Source: an uncultured Planctomycetaceae bacterium (GTDB lineage: Bacteria; Planctomycetota; Planctomycetia; Isosphaerales; Isosphaeraceae). Taken from it: a DNA stretch of 64,000 nucleotides. The translations under genes and the position numbers were made by a program. Each line of letters opens with the position of its first letter. Position 1 is the first letter of the stretch. The notes below the pieces were generated by a model. It did not search any database and had not been told where the DNA came from. It worked only from the letters and a program-made list of their open reading frames with translations. Where the stretch lies: NCBI GenBank assembly GCA_963833985.1, contig CAWIAD010000001.1, positions 3,136,001 through 3,200,000 on the forward strand, in the 5' to 3' direction. Positions 22,887 to 32,795 of the stretch are shown piece by piece.

Positions 22887-23225
22887 TCAGAAGAGAAGCG
22901 TGAGCCCTTCAATTTCGCGGACTTCCGCGTAGATGGTCCGCACCTGCTCCGCATTCTGAACCGAGACATCGAGCGTCAGCGCCACGTGGCGGCCGCCTGG
23001 CGTTGTGCGGACCGAGTAATCCAGGTCAGACCGCGCGGGAAGCTGGGCGACAACTGTCTCGATGACGCGGTTCTCGAAGTCATCGTCCGTCCGGCCAATC
23101 GCCTTGATGCGGTAAACGCCGGGGAACGGGTGGATCGATTCGAGAAGTTCCACGGAGGGCCGATGATCGACGCGAGGACGGACAGGGACCTGCCGATCGC
23201 CTGTGGGTTCCATGGCGCGCTCCAT
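22887..23225 (-). CDS. DUF493 (YbeD-like) protein
   Basis: LLESIHPFPGVYRIKAIG..GGRHVALTL..EQVRTIY. Confidence 0.8.
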   Translation of the reverse strand: MERAMEPTGDRQVPVRPRVDHRPSVELLESIHPFPGVYRIKAIGRTDDDFENRVIETVVAQLPARSDLDYSVRTTPGGRHVALTLDVSVQNAEQVRTIYAEVREIEGLTLLF

Positions 23226-23475
23226 GCCAATACGAAGAGCAACATGAACTGATCTCTACGTATTCTATCGAACCGAGGAACGCCGCGACACGTCTATCCC
23301 AGCATTTTTCCGGATTCGTCCGCGCAGCAAACAGCCCCGGCCCTCGTGCGCTGGGGGCGCGGGGCTCATGGGCTGCCTGTAAGCGGTTGCTGTCCTGAGA
23401 CCGTCGTCGAGATGGATCTGGAGGGGCAGGCTCAGGGCCCGGCGGTGCCCGGGCGGCGGAAAAGCGGCGGGTGAG

Positions 23476-23565
23476 CTACTTCTTGCGGTGTCGGATCCGG
23501 CTCCGCATCCGGCGTTTCTTGCGGCCGACCTTGCGGCGGCCCTTACCTCGGCGACGGCTGGCCAT
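23476..23565 (-). CDS. 29-aa Arg/Lys-rich small protein MASRRRGKGRRKVGRKKRRMRSRIRHRKK (below the ORF-track cutoff)
   Basis: ATG 23565, TAG 23476-23478, AAGGAG Shine-Dalgarno just upstream; 18 of 29 residues are R/K. Confidence 0.78.
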   Translation of the reverse strand: MASRRRGKGRRKVGRKKRRMRSRIRHRKK

Positions 23566-23643
23566 GCGTTCTCCTTGGGTTCACGAAGCGATTGCGTGCA
23601 CGACGGACCCGCGAGACGGATGAATCTCGCAAAGCAAATCACC

Positions 23644-23672
23644 TTTGTAACGAAAAACTCGCCCGGTCTCAA
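23644..23672 (-). promoter_or_regulatory. Putative sigma70 promoter for the small basic protein
   Basis: Minus strand TTGAGA-17 bp-TACAAA. Confidence 0.45.
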
Positions 23673-23798
23673 GAGCTACATGACCACGGAAACAGGGCAA
23701 CAGGGCAGGCGGCCAGGCCGTCGATGCTGGATCGGACTGCGGGACACCGGTTGCAAGCCACAAGCTCAACATGGTCTCGGTTGCGGTGCGCAGCTTGG

Positions 23799-24758
23799 CT
23801 ATCCTACCAGCGCGAATGCCCGGTCCATGGCTTTGCTGGTCAGCTCCAGCACCTGATCAGCCGGCATGCGGCGGAGCTCCGCCTTGAACGGCTCGGCGCG
23901 CACGGGACCGTCGTAGCCAATCTTCACCAGGGCGGTCAGGAACGTCTTCACGTCGATCACGCCGGTGGCGCAGGGGAGGTCGCGCACCAGGTCTTTCTGC
24001 TCGTCGGTGGCGATGCCAGACGGGGCGTCGTTCAGGTCGCAGGCGATCACGTCCGATCCCTTGAGGCCCAGCAAGTCCGCCTCGGTCTCGTGCGCCGTGT
24101 ACCAGTGCCAGCTATCAAGCACAAGTCCCAGGTTCGGCCGGTTGATCGCGGCGATCAGCTCGCGCACCTCGGCCATGGTGTGCACGAACGGGTACCTCAT
24201 GGTGGACCAGGAGGTCTTGGGACCCACGTATTCCAGGCCTAGCCGCACGCCGTGGTCGCCCAGCACGCGGGCGACCTCGCCCAGCCGGGCGACGTGCTGC
24301 TTGAAGTTGGCCGGATAGGTGAGGTGGTTGTGGCCGGGCGTCAGCCACGTTCCCACGCGCGATGCGCCGGCGCGCTGAAGGGCCTTGGCGTCCTCGCCAA
24401 GCTTTTCCATGCCGCTCTTGAATGCGGACTCGTCGCCTCGGAAGTTCACCGATAGACCCGCCGCGCCCCAGACCAGCTTCTTCGCCTTCAGGTCGCCCAG
24501 CAGCTCATCAAGCTGGCTGTCCGAGATGGACCTGAGATATCCGGAATCCGGCGCGACCGATTCGAAGCCGTGCCGGTGCGCCAGCGCGATGGCTTCTGGC
24601 AGTGGCACACTCAATCCAAGGTTGCCGCAGACAAGGTCCTTGGTGAACTTCCGGCTGACGCGCTGACCCGCCCGCACCCCGGTCGTCCCCAGAAGAAACG
24701 CGGAACCGGCCGCACCGCGAAGCAGATCCCGACGGGACAGTGCACGTGACATGATCAT
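23799..24758 (-). CDS. Sugar phosphate isomerase/epimerase (AP endonuclease 2 TIM barrel), Tat-exported
   Basis: SRRDLL signal; LGLEYVGP, LVLDSWHWY, GYDGPVRAEPF. Confidence 0.88.
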   Translation of the reverse strand: MIMSRALSRRDLLRGAAGSAFLLGTTGVRAGQRVSRKFTKDLVCGNLGLSVPLPEAIALAHRHGFESVAPDSGYLRSISDSQLDELLGDLKAKKLVWGAAGLSVNFRGDESAFKSGMEKLGEDAKALQRAGASRVGTWLTPGHNHLTYPANFKQHVARLGEVARVLGDHGVRLGLEYVGPKTSWSTMRYPFVHTMAEVRELIAAINRPNLGLVLDSWHWYTAHETEADLLGLKGSDVIACDLNDAPSGIATDEQKDLVRDLPCATGVIDVKTFLTALVKIGYDGPVRAEPFKAELRRMPADQVLELTSKAMDRAFALVG

Positions 24759-25051
24759 GACAGTCCTCGAACCCGTGGTTCGTCAAGGAATTCTGAGCCG
24801 GCGCCGACGCGGGGCGAACCGCCCCCGCCTCTTCCGCCAATGTATCGGAGCACCAACCGGAATCAAGGACCTGGTCCGGCCAAGGGATGGTGGATCTTTG
24901 CGAATTCTCAAGCGACTTGAACGAATCACTTCTGGTCACTCGTCTGTTCGTCTACAATCCGGCCCGCCGGGACGGCCGCGGAGGTTCATCGCTCCCCAGG
25001 AAGTCGGCGCTCGGTCCTGACGATTTCACGTTCACATGAAGGATAACGACG

Positions 25052-26186
25052 ATGTTGATGACCGGACTCTCCGGTAACGAGATCTACTGCCTGGCACAGG
25101 TCGGGTTCAGCCCGGGGAACATCGTGCTGGGTAATAGCGTGCACTCGCTGGGGCTGGTGCGGGGCATCACCAGCGGGCTGAAGACGCTCTCCGGCGGAGA
25201 GATCCGCAGCGTCACCGAGCTCATCGTCGACGGCCGCCACGCCGCAATCAATCGGCTGGAGAGCGAGGCCCAGGATGAGAAGGCGCGCGGGCTCACGGGT
25301 GTGACCTCCGAGCTCAGGCAGATTGGCAACCTCATGGAATTCATGGCCATCGGCTCGGCGGTCAACGACGAGAGGAAAAACGGCACGTTCTTCTCGACAG
25401 CCTGCACCGGGCAGGACCTGTTCTGCCAGATCGATTCGGGCTACGAACCGAGGCACTTCGTGATGGGCAACGTGGCCTACGCACTGGGCGTCGGCCGGGG
25501 CATCTCCGGCGGACTGAAGATGATCGCGCGGCGCGGGGAGATCAAAGAGTTCTCTAATATGTACAACCACACGCGGCACCTGGCGCTCGAGCGGCTGGAA
25601 GCCGAGGCGGCCGAGCGGGGCTGCAACGCCGTGGTCGACATCATCACGAAAATCCTGCCGTTCGGGCCCGGTGTCCGCGAGATGCTCATGGTTGGTACCG
25701 GCTCTTACAACCCGGCGCTCGGCCATCCCAAGGTGCCCTACACCTCTGAGCTGACGGGCGAGGAGCTCTGGAACCTGACCCAGTTGGGCTACGCCCCGTT
25801 GCGGCTTGTGCTGGGCACCAGCGTTTACGCCCTCGGGCTTGCCGGCGGCCTCACGGCGTTCTTCCGGTCGTTCGCCCGAGGTGAGATTGGCGAGGTCACC
25901 CGCCTGGTCTACGACGCGCGTGAGAACTGCCTCGATCACATCCGCATCGAGGCCGAGGAGCTCAAGGCCGACGGCGTGATCGGCGTGAAGGTCTTCATCT
26001 ACGAGGCTCGGCGGAGGACTGGTCGAGGTGATGGCGATCGGTACCGCCATCCGCAAGCACGCGAGCGTCTCGACTCACAGCGATCAGCTCATTCCCCAGG
26101 CCATCATCCGCGACCGCGACACCTTCTTCGACCAGCCTCCCCTGCTGCCGGGCGCGCCGAAGCCGAAGAGCCTGGACCGGACGTGA
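25052..26186 (+). CDS. Heavy-metal-binding (YbjQ/UPF0145) protein with three tandem domains; frameshift near 26005
   Basis: Three units of the type V(L/M)GxxVxxLG..GEI..R..(A/C)..A..GxxxVxxV; corrected C-terminus LVEVMAIGTAIRK..LIPQAIIRDRDTFF..SLDRT*. Confidence 0.8.
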
Positions 26187-26263
26187 GGCCGCGACTCCTG
26201 CGCAGGCGCAGAGCTTGAACACTCGGTCGCCCGTCCGGTGAGTCTCTGCCTCAGCGGAAGTAC

Positions 26264-26292
26264 AAAAAAAGGCGGAACGCGTGGGTTCCGCC
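26264..26292 (-). terminator. Rho-independent terminator of the apbE-doxX-oxidoreductase operon
   Basis: Stem GGCGGAAC/GTTCCGCC (26271-26292) with A7 at 26264-26270 (U-tract on minus strand). Confidence 0.75.
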
Positions 26293-26338
26293 GGGATGGC
26301 GACCTGGTGGCTTGCCGGGTGTGCGGCGGTCCCGCTGC

Positions 26339-27910
26339 TCAGGTGCGGCGGGCCACCGCCGGGGTCGCCGTTGCAGGGGTGTCGGGCGCCTTGTCCGACT
26401 TGTAATCGAACCAGGCCGGGTCGAATTCGATGCGCCGGTTCTGCCGCATGGCCAGGTTGCTGGTCAGCGCGATGACGGCGTCGGCCAGCGCCACCTCGCC
26501 ACGGCAGCGCGGCTGGTGGTCCTTGTCCTCGTGGTAGTTCTTCGGGTCGCCGTGGCGCAGGCAGTAGGCGAAGTGCTCGAGCTCCTCGCGATAGCCGCGG
26601 GAGGGGTCGACGGTGGCCAGTGTGCCCAGGGCCGACGCCGTGCTCGGGCCGGCCAGGCTGGGACTCGTCTCGAGCACCGGCTTCTTGCCCACGGTCTCCA
26701 CCGACACGCTCGTCTGCCGGGACGTGTAGGCGTTGCCGGCCTCCTTGTAGAGCAGGATCTCCTTCTCCTGGCTCACGAGCATCGTTCCCCGCGAGCCCAT
26801 GACCATCTCGCCATAGCCGTCAAATGAGTTGGTATTGATCGAGGAGTAGGTCACGATCACCCGGTCCTTCTCGTCCTTGCCCGAGGGGAATTCGTACGTC
26901 ATGAAGACGTGGTCGTCTACCTCGCGGCCGTCCTTGTAGAAGATCGTCCCGCCCACGCCGGTGACGGCCAGCGGGTGCTTCTTGCCCAGGAAGATCGAGC
27001 AGGCGTCCAGCTGGTGGCTGCCCAGCTCGGCCATCAGGCCGGCCCCTGTGCGGTTGTAGAGCCGCCAGTGGATGAGCTCGTCCAGGCTCTTGTAGCCGTA
27101 CTTGGTGTAATCGACGTTCAGGTCCTTCTCGGGGATCGGCCGCTTCCAGCTATCCTGGTAGACGATGTTGCCGCTTGAATCCCGCTCGTACTCGGGCAGG
27201 CCCGTTTTGGGGTCGTAAATGGTGTTCTTGTCCTTGTCCTTCTTGACCAGGGGTTGGGCGTTATTGCGGTGCCAGAGAGCACGGATGTGCCGCACGTCGC
27301 CCAGCACGCCGTTCTGGAGCAGGAAGTTGGCGTTGTCGTAGAGGGCCGAGTAATGCCGCTGATGGCCGACGGCCAGCAGCCGGTTCTTCTCGCGCGCCAC
27401 CCGGCACATCTCCTTGCACTCGGCCACCGAGTGCGCCATCAGCTTCTCGGTGAAGACGTGCTTGCCGGCCTTCATCGCCTCGATGGCCACCGGGGCGTGC
27501 AGCCACAAAGGAAGCGCGATGACGATCATCTCGACATCGGGGTCGGCCAGCATCTGCTCCTTGGTCTCGTATTGCTTGAGCTTCTTGACGTCCGCCGCGG
27601 TGTACTGCTTGTGGTTGGAGAACTCCTTGACCGCCCGCTCCTGCTGCGACGGGCGGATATCGCAGAAGCCGATGTAGTTCAGGTAATCGCGGTTGTGAAA
27701 GCGGATCATCGCCTGGCAGCCCTCGTCGCCGGTGCCGATGATCGCGGCCTTGACCGGAGGCTTGCTGCCCATATCTTTGTAGCCGAAGTAAAACCCCGCG
27801 AGCGCGGGGGTCGCGGAAGCGGCAATCAGCCAGTCGCGACGGGTCACGCCGAGAGCCCGATCCGCGTTCTCGCGTCCCAGGATCCGTTCTTCGGGGGTCA
27901 GGTTCGTCAT
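26339..27910 (-). CDS. Gfo/Idh/MocA family oxidoreductase, Tat-like signal
   Basis: TRRDWL; IIGTGDEG; HVFTEKLMA; GAGLMAELGSHQLD. Confidence 0.9.
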   Translation of the reverse strand: MTNLTPEERILGRENADRALGVTRRDWLIAASATPALAGFYFGYKDMGSKPPVKAAIIGTGDEGCQAMIRFHNRDYLNYIGFCDIRPSQQERAVKEFSNHKQYTAADVKKLKQYETKEQMLADPDVEMIVIALPLWLHAPVAIEAMKAGKHVFTEKLMAHSVAECKEMCRVAREKNRLLAVGHQRHYSALYDNANFLLQNGVLGDVRHIRALWHRNNAQPLVKKDKDKNTIYDPKTGLPEYERDSSGNIVYQDSWKRPIPEKDLNVDYTKYGYKSLDELIHWRLYNRTGAGLMAELGSHQLDACSIFLGKKHPLAVTGVGGTIFYKDGREVDDHVFMTYEFPSGKDEKDRVIVTYSSINTNSFDGYGEMVMGSRGTMLVSQEKEILLYKEAGNAYTSRQTSVSVETVGKKPVLETSPSLAGPSTASALGTLATVDPSRGYREELEHFAYCLRHGDPKNYHEDKDHQPRCRGEVALADAVIALTSNLAMRQNRRIEFDPAWFDYKSDKAPDTPATATPAVARRT

Positions 27911-27957
27911 GCCTCGCTCCTTGTGAACGAAGGGTTGGTGTTGAGATCAGATCGGTG

Positions 27958-29004
27958 TCACGATCGGGTCGCGAGAGGTTCCGTTTCCCGGGGATGCATC
28001 GAGGTGGCCTTGCCGGTCGTGGTCAGCCCGTACTTCTCGGCCAGCCGGGCCTCGTACCGCGCCCAGCGGCGCCGGCGGCGGGCGCCGAAGAACAGGGCGT
28101 CGAGGCCGAACCAGTGGCCGCTGGCCGTCACCGCGATCAGCAGGCAGGCGATCAATTCAATCAGGTTCTTGCTCACGATCCAGTAATGCCCCTCGGTCTT
28201 GGGATTGGGCGGCAAGCCGGGCCAGGGAGGAATCGAGAGGTAGATCATGGCCAGGAACGCGGCCGCGCATACCGCCGCGAAGGGCGTCAGGAATCCGAGG
28301 ATCAGGCACACCCCGATCGCGCACAGGCCGTACATCGTCAGCCAGTTGGCCATGTCCAGGAAGGTGAGCGGCGCCTTGTAATCGCCAGCGGAGGCCTGCT
28401 GCTCGGGGGTCTTGAGCCCGATCACGCCATCGACCAGTGCCTGGGTGCGCGTCACCAGCGGCTCGGTCAGTTTCCGGCGGTCGCTCTCCAGGGTGCGCCG
28501 GGTTTCCCACGCCCGCTCCCGTTCGTACGACAGAGCGTCGGTGCTTTGTTCGGTCTTCTGGATGACATCCAGCTCGTGCAGATACTTTTCCCGTGCTTCG
28601 CGGTTGTCATAGGCGTTGAACCAGACGTCTGCCCAGACGTTCGCCTGGTCCAGCAGCCCCTTGGCCTTGGCCTTCTGTTCCTCATTGAACTGGTAATGGT
28701 CCCCGATCCGCGTCACGGTGTCGCTCCAGCCGGTCTTGAGCTGCTCGGGGTCCAGCAGCGCCAGGCCATCGGCATCCGGCAGCATGCGGCGAAACTGGGG
28801 CGCCAGCGGACCGGCCGCATTCCTGAGGTAGATCTCGGCCGAGAACGGCTGCTTGCCGTAGAGCGTCGACTCCACCTTGTCGAGCCCCTCGGTGAGGAAA
28901 TGCCAGCCGATGGCAACCCGGAGCAAGACCAGGAAGAGGGCGCCGAGGAACCCGGGATAGTTACGGGACGATAAAATCCCCGGCGGGATGGAAAGGGTGG
29001 GCAT
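27958..29004 (-). CDS. DoxX family membrane protein with large soluble insertion
   Basis: LVLLRVAIGWHFLTEGLDK; GVCLILGFLT; GHYWIVSKNLIE; GHWFGLD. Confidence 0.85.
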   Translation of the reverse strand: MPTLSIPPGILSSRNYPGFLGALFLVLLRVAIGWHFLTEGLDKVESTLYGKQPFSAEIYLRNAAGPLAPQFRRMLPDADGLALLDPEQLKTGWSDTVTRIGDHYQFNEEQKAKAKGLLDQANVWADVWFNAYDNREAREKYLHELDVIQKTEQSTDALSYERERAWETRRTLESDRRKLTEPLVTRTQALVDGVIGLKTPEQQASAGDYKAPLTFLDMANWLTMYGLCAIGVCLILGFLTPFAAVCAAAFLAMIYLSIPPWPGLPPNPKTEGHYWIVSKNLIELIACLLIAVTASGHWFGLDALFFGARRRRRWARYEARLAEKYGLTTTGKATSMHPRETEPLATRS

Positions 29005-29088
29005 GATTCTCGGTCCTCTTGCGTCGGCCAGGCAAGCGGGACGGCCAGCAAGCCGGGGTCACCGGCGTGGGCCGCGCTCGCATGTTCT

Positions 29089-30190
29089 TCATCGTTGCGT
29101 CATCGAGTCTATCGCGTTCTCGTCGATCAGAAAATCCTGCGGGCCCAGACCGAAGGTCAAGATCCGCGGCGCGGCATGTGCGGCATCGGCCTCGACCAGC
29201 ACCACGCCGATCTCGGGATGGCGTTCGACATGGTCGCGGGCGGCGTCCGGACCAAGCAGGTAGAACGCCGTCGAGAGCGCATCGGCATCGGCCGCCGTCG
29301 GTGCCAGCACGGTCACCGAGAGCGGTCCGCCGCACGCCGGTTCGCCCGTTCGAGGGTCCAGGATATGACCGTACACCTTTCCATCCGCCACGAACTGCTG
29401 AAAGGCGCTTCCGGAAGTCCCCAGCCCGCGGTTGCGCAGCCGGACCAGGCCCAGGGGCGTTTCCGGGCGCAGCGGATTGCGCACGGCGACTTCCCAGCGG
29501 CCGCCCAGCCGGCCAGGAGGGGAGCCAAGCGCGTAAACGCTCGATTGCCCGCCGTGGATGAGAGCTGAGGTCGGGAACCAGTGGCGGCCGATCACCGCCG
29601 CGGCGCAGTCAATCGCGTACCCTTTGCCAATGCTCCCGAGATTGATCTGGATGCCAGCCCGGTCAAAGGCCACCGTCTGGTCCTCGCGGTCGAGCCTCAG
29701 ATGCTGCCACCCGGTCCGGGCCCGGGCCTCGGCCAGCGCTGCGGCATCGGGGACACGCTTCGGCCCGCGCACGAACCCCCACGCCAGCGAGAGCGCCCCC
29801 GAGGTCACGTCGTACGCCCCGCCGGTCTGCTCGCTGAGCGCCACCGCACGCTCGAGCAGCGCGAAGAGTCCTGCGCTCCACGGCCACCGGTCGCAGATGG
29901 GCCGTCGCGTTCAGCCGGCTCACCTCCGACTGGTCATTATAGATGGTGAGCTGGGCCTCCAGCTCGTCAATGACATCGAGTGCGCGGCTTGCCAGGTCGA
30001 CCGCGCCGGGAACTCCGGCCCCCAGCCGCACCTCGAAGTACGAGCCCATCCCCTGCCGGTGCGCCCGGATCAGCTCGCCGCGTGCTTCCGCTGCCGGAGG
30101 TGGAACCGAACCGGGCTTCGCCGGACCGGCGGTCGTTCGCCGCAGCCGCAGGAGATCACGCCGATGAAGGCCAGTTCGCGGTGGTTTCAC
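29089..30190 (-). CDS. apbE: FAD:protein FMN transferase; frameshift near 29870
   Basis: GMGSYFEV, SEVSRLN, TGGAYDVT, NLGSIGKGYAID, GTSGS, GHILDPRTG, ADALSTAF. Confidence 0.9.
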
Positions 30191-30401
30191 AGACGGCCTC
30201 GAGCAATGGGCACGGGGCGGGGCCGCAGGCAGGCAACATGTCGATTATACCCGGCGTGAGACCGCTGCAAAGAGGTGACGCACCCGTGCGCGTCGGGCCG
30301 ACACTTCCCCGGCTCATTGCGCAATGGCCAGACCATCTCACACGAGCACGCGACCGCTGGCCCGACTCGCCCGAAATGGCTTCGTTCCGTCCATCCGGCA
30401 T

Positions 30402-30465
30402 CGAAGCCATCGGACGCTAACCCTTTGTCTGATTGAAGTTAAACATCCATTTTCGATTGGCTTCG
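30402..30465 (+). repeat. 64-bp element bounded by CGAAGCCA/TGGCTTCG, copy 1
   Basis: Gapless 46/64 match (hand count) to the reverse complement of 33435-33498. Confidence 0.75.
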
Positions 30466-30700
30466 ATTTTCGCATTTCTTTCTCGGGATGTCCTGAGGCG
30501 GGCCAGAAATCACTTGGGCCAGCGCGACGCCTGGCTGCGGAGGCGCCGCGCTGGTTTGAACTATCGACCGAATTGTCAAAGAGTCTCGGCACAGTGCCGT
30601 CTCATTCAGTCTACGATCGGAACGGCGGGCGCCTGCGAGATTCCCCGCGGTTTGCTCTTCTTGTGCCGGCGCGGTCTTATCACTTGACCTGAGGTGCTCC

Positions 30701-30811
30701 ATGCGCTTGCCCTTCTCGTCGGTTCACTGTGACCTGGACCCCTCCGACGACGCGGCGGTGTGCACGCGCGAGATGCTGGAACTGCTGGCGGCGCGGGGGC
30801 CTCGGGCGTGA
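30701..30811 (+). pseudogene. Truncated glycosyltransferase-like N-terminus (36 codons)
   Basis: GAGG RBS; MRLPFSSVHCDLDPSDDAAVCTREMLELLAARG resembles planctomycete GT4 N-termini (recognition from memory); stop lies inside a REP-like hairpin. Confidence 0.55.
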
Positions 30812-31022
30812 GCCCGACCTGCACGTCGCGGCATCGCACGCAAGGCCTCTGCGCTGGTCCGCCGGTCCCGGCGTTCGTGGCGCATGGCCAGGTGCGCCAG
30901 CGCCCTGGCGTCCGCGGCGTATGGCCACGTGCGCGAGCGCCCTGACGTCCGGGCGCATGGCCACGTGCGCGAGCACGTGGTTTTCACGGGCGCAGCCCCC
31001 AACCTCGGGCGTGAGCCCGACC
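30800..31022. repeat. Two identical 20-bp REP-like hairpins enclosing a 36-37-bp tandem triplet
   Basis: CCTCGGGCGTGAGCCCGACC at 30800-30819 and 31003-31022 (stem TCGGGC/GCCCGA); GCGYATGGCCASGTGCGCSAGC units at 30880, 30917, 30953. Confidence 0.85.
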
Positions 31023-31045
31023 AGCACCGCGCCGCATCACGCTCA

Positions 31046-32098
31046 TCACCTCACCGCGCACCCGCCCAGGTTCGCCAGGTGATGCCGGCCCAGACGCCCG
31101 GCCACGTCCCGCAGCCGCTCCCGGCTTGCCGCGAAGAACCGGCCCAGCAGCCGACCCCCGGCCAGCTTCAGCAGCCGTGCTTGCCAGCTCTCGGCATTGC
31201 TTCCCAGCCGCTCCAGGATCCCGGCCAGCTCCGCCGAGATCGCCGCCTTCCCCTCGCGAAACAGCCGCCCGGTGTACTCTACCAGCAGCAGATAGCTGCC
31301 CAGCGAGAACCCCTCGACCATCCCTTCGCGACCGAGACCGCGACCCGAGTCCGAGTCCAGCCTCCTGCGGTCCTCGATCGGGCACAGCCACAGACCCTCT
31401 TCCAGCCCCTCCGCCGCTTGCGACCCCGCCACGCTGCCCGCCTTTGCGGCGTTCAGGTCCTCGGCCCGCCCCTGCTCCTGAGCATGCTCGACCCGCTGCT
31501 TGATCGACGTGTGGGCACTCGCCTCGGGCACCTCGGCGATGCCCGCGGCCACCGGGTTCAGATCGATGTAAGTGCAAGTGGCCAGCAACGATTCCTCATC
31601 GAGGATCGCCACGCTCTGGAACCGCCCCTCGAAGAACGCCCCGCGGGTGTTCTCCTCGCGGTTGGCCATCCGCGACAGCGGCTCCTTCAGGCACTTCATG
31701 AACCAGCTCAGGCTTTGCAGCCGCTGGCGTGCCATCACCACCCACTTCACGTCTTTCAGCCGTTCCTTGACCCACGCCTCCGAGATCGCAACCGCCCGCC
31801 GCGCCTTGTCGCGGGGCGGAAAGAGCCTCCCCCAGCGGCGAACGACCTCCTCATCCGACCACCCGGTGGCGACATCAGGATCGAGCCGCACCAGCAGGTG
31901 CAGGTGGTTGTCGAGGATCGCGAACCCGCCCACGGCGATCGAGAAGATCTCCGCAAGTTCCCGCAACCGCCGTTCGATCCATTCTTTACGGTCGAGATGC
32001 CCCTCGCCCAGTAGGAACGCCCGCCGCACACAGCGGCTGACGCAGTGATACCAGCGGGTGACCGACGGATCCACCAGATGCGCACGGGCAATCGTCAT
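31046..32098 (-). mobile_element. Intact HUH/Y1 (IS200-like, RAYT-type) transposase, 350 aa
   Basis: WYHCVSRCVRRAFL, HUH motif NHLHLL, GAFFEGRFQS, catalytic-Tyr motif YIDLNPV. Confidence 0.9.
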
Positions 32099-32099
32099 G

Positions 32100-32308
32100 C
32101 ACGGACCTCCCAGCTAGATCCGCACAAGCTACACGATCCTACTGCCCGCGTCAAGATTGCATTGCCTGTCCTTTCTTTCTTTTCTCACGGACCTCCCAGC
32201 TAGATCCGCACAAGCTACACGATCCTACTGCCCGCGTCAAGATTGCATTGCCTGTCCTTTCTTTCTTGTTTCTTTCTTGTGTCCTTTCTTTCTTGTCCTT
32301 TCTTTCTT
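32100..32308 (+). repeat. 82-bp tandem duplication (period 86) of the transposase upstream end, plus GTCCTTTCTTTCTT micro-array
   Basis: 32100-32181 equals 32186-32267; 14-bp units at 32254, 32281, 32295 and a partial at 32268. Confidence 0.92.
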
Positions 32309-32309
32309 T

Positions 32310-32548
32310 GGATCGCCGGCCATCGCGGCAAGAAGCGAGCCGCCGTCGCGGTCGCGCACACGATCCTCGTGATCATCTACCATATGCTGATGGAGGGGAC
32401 CACATACCGGGAGATCGCCGAGACCGAGGCGGCCTGAACTCAGTGAGGACTCGTCGCCAACGAGGGTCGCATCCGATACCACCGCGAAGGTGACCACGTT
32501 CGTCGTCCGCCTAGTCCTTCGCCCAGCCTGGCGGGATTTTCTGAGCAG
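32310..32548 (+). pseudogene. IS110-family transposase C-terminal remnant with probable right end
   Basis: IAGHRGKKRAAVAVAHTILVIIYHML..YRE (stop 32437); TTTTCTGAGCAG at 32537-32548 resembles ends seen in this IS110 subgroup. Confidence 0.7.
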
Positions 32549-32574
32549 TTCAGTTTTCGGGCACCTCTGGCCGA

Positions 32575-32793
32575 TGCCGATTGCTCCTTTCGTGGCCGGC
32601 CTCGCGGGCGCGGGGTCAGGTTAATGCCCAATCGGGTCGCGACTCCCTCAATCCAGGCGGGAGAGCCCAGGGGGCGTCCGGTCCGCAGCGACTCACGTAC
32701 GGCCGTCAGTTCGTCCGGCCTCTGTGCCGACCGCAACTTTGCCCGCCACCGCCGCCTACGCTCCGCCTCGGACGGGCCGAGATGCTCCCACTC
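32575..32793 (-). pseudogene. C-terminal remnant of a second-type RAYT-like transposase
   Basis: EWEHLGPSEAERRRRWRAKL..ELTAVRESLRTGRPLGSPAW..RLGINLTPRPRGRPRK. Confidence 0.7.
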
Positions 32794-32795
32794 GG

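Noticed and set aside
30880..30974. 36-37-bp repeats as a CRISPR array
   Set aside because: Units are head-to-tail with no unique spacers, and there are no cas genes in the window.
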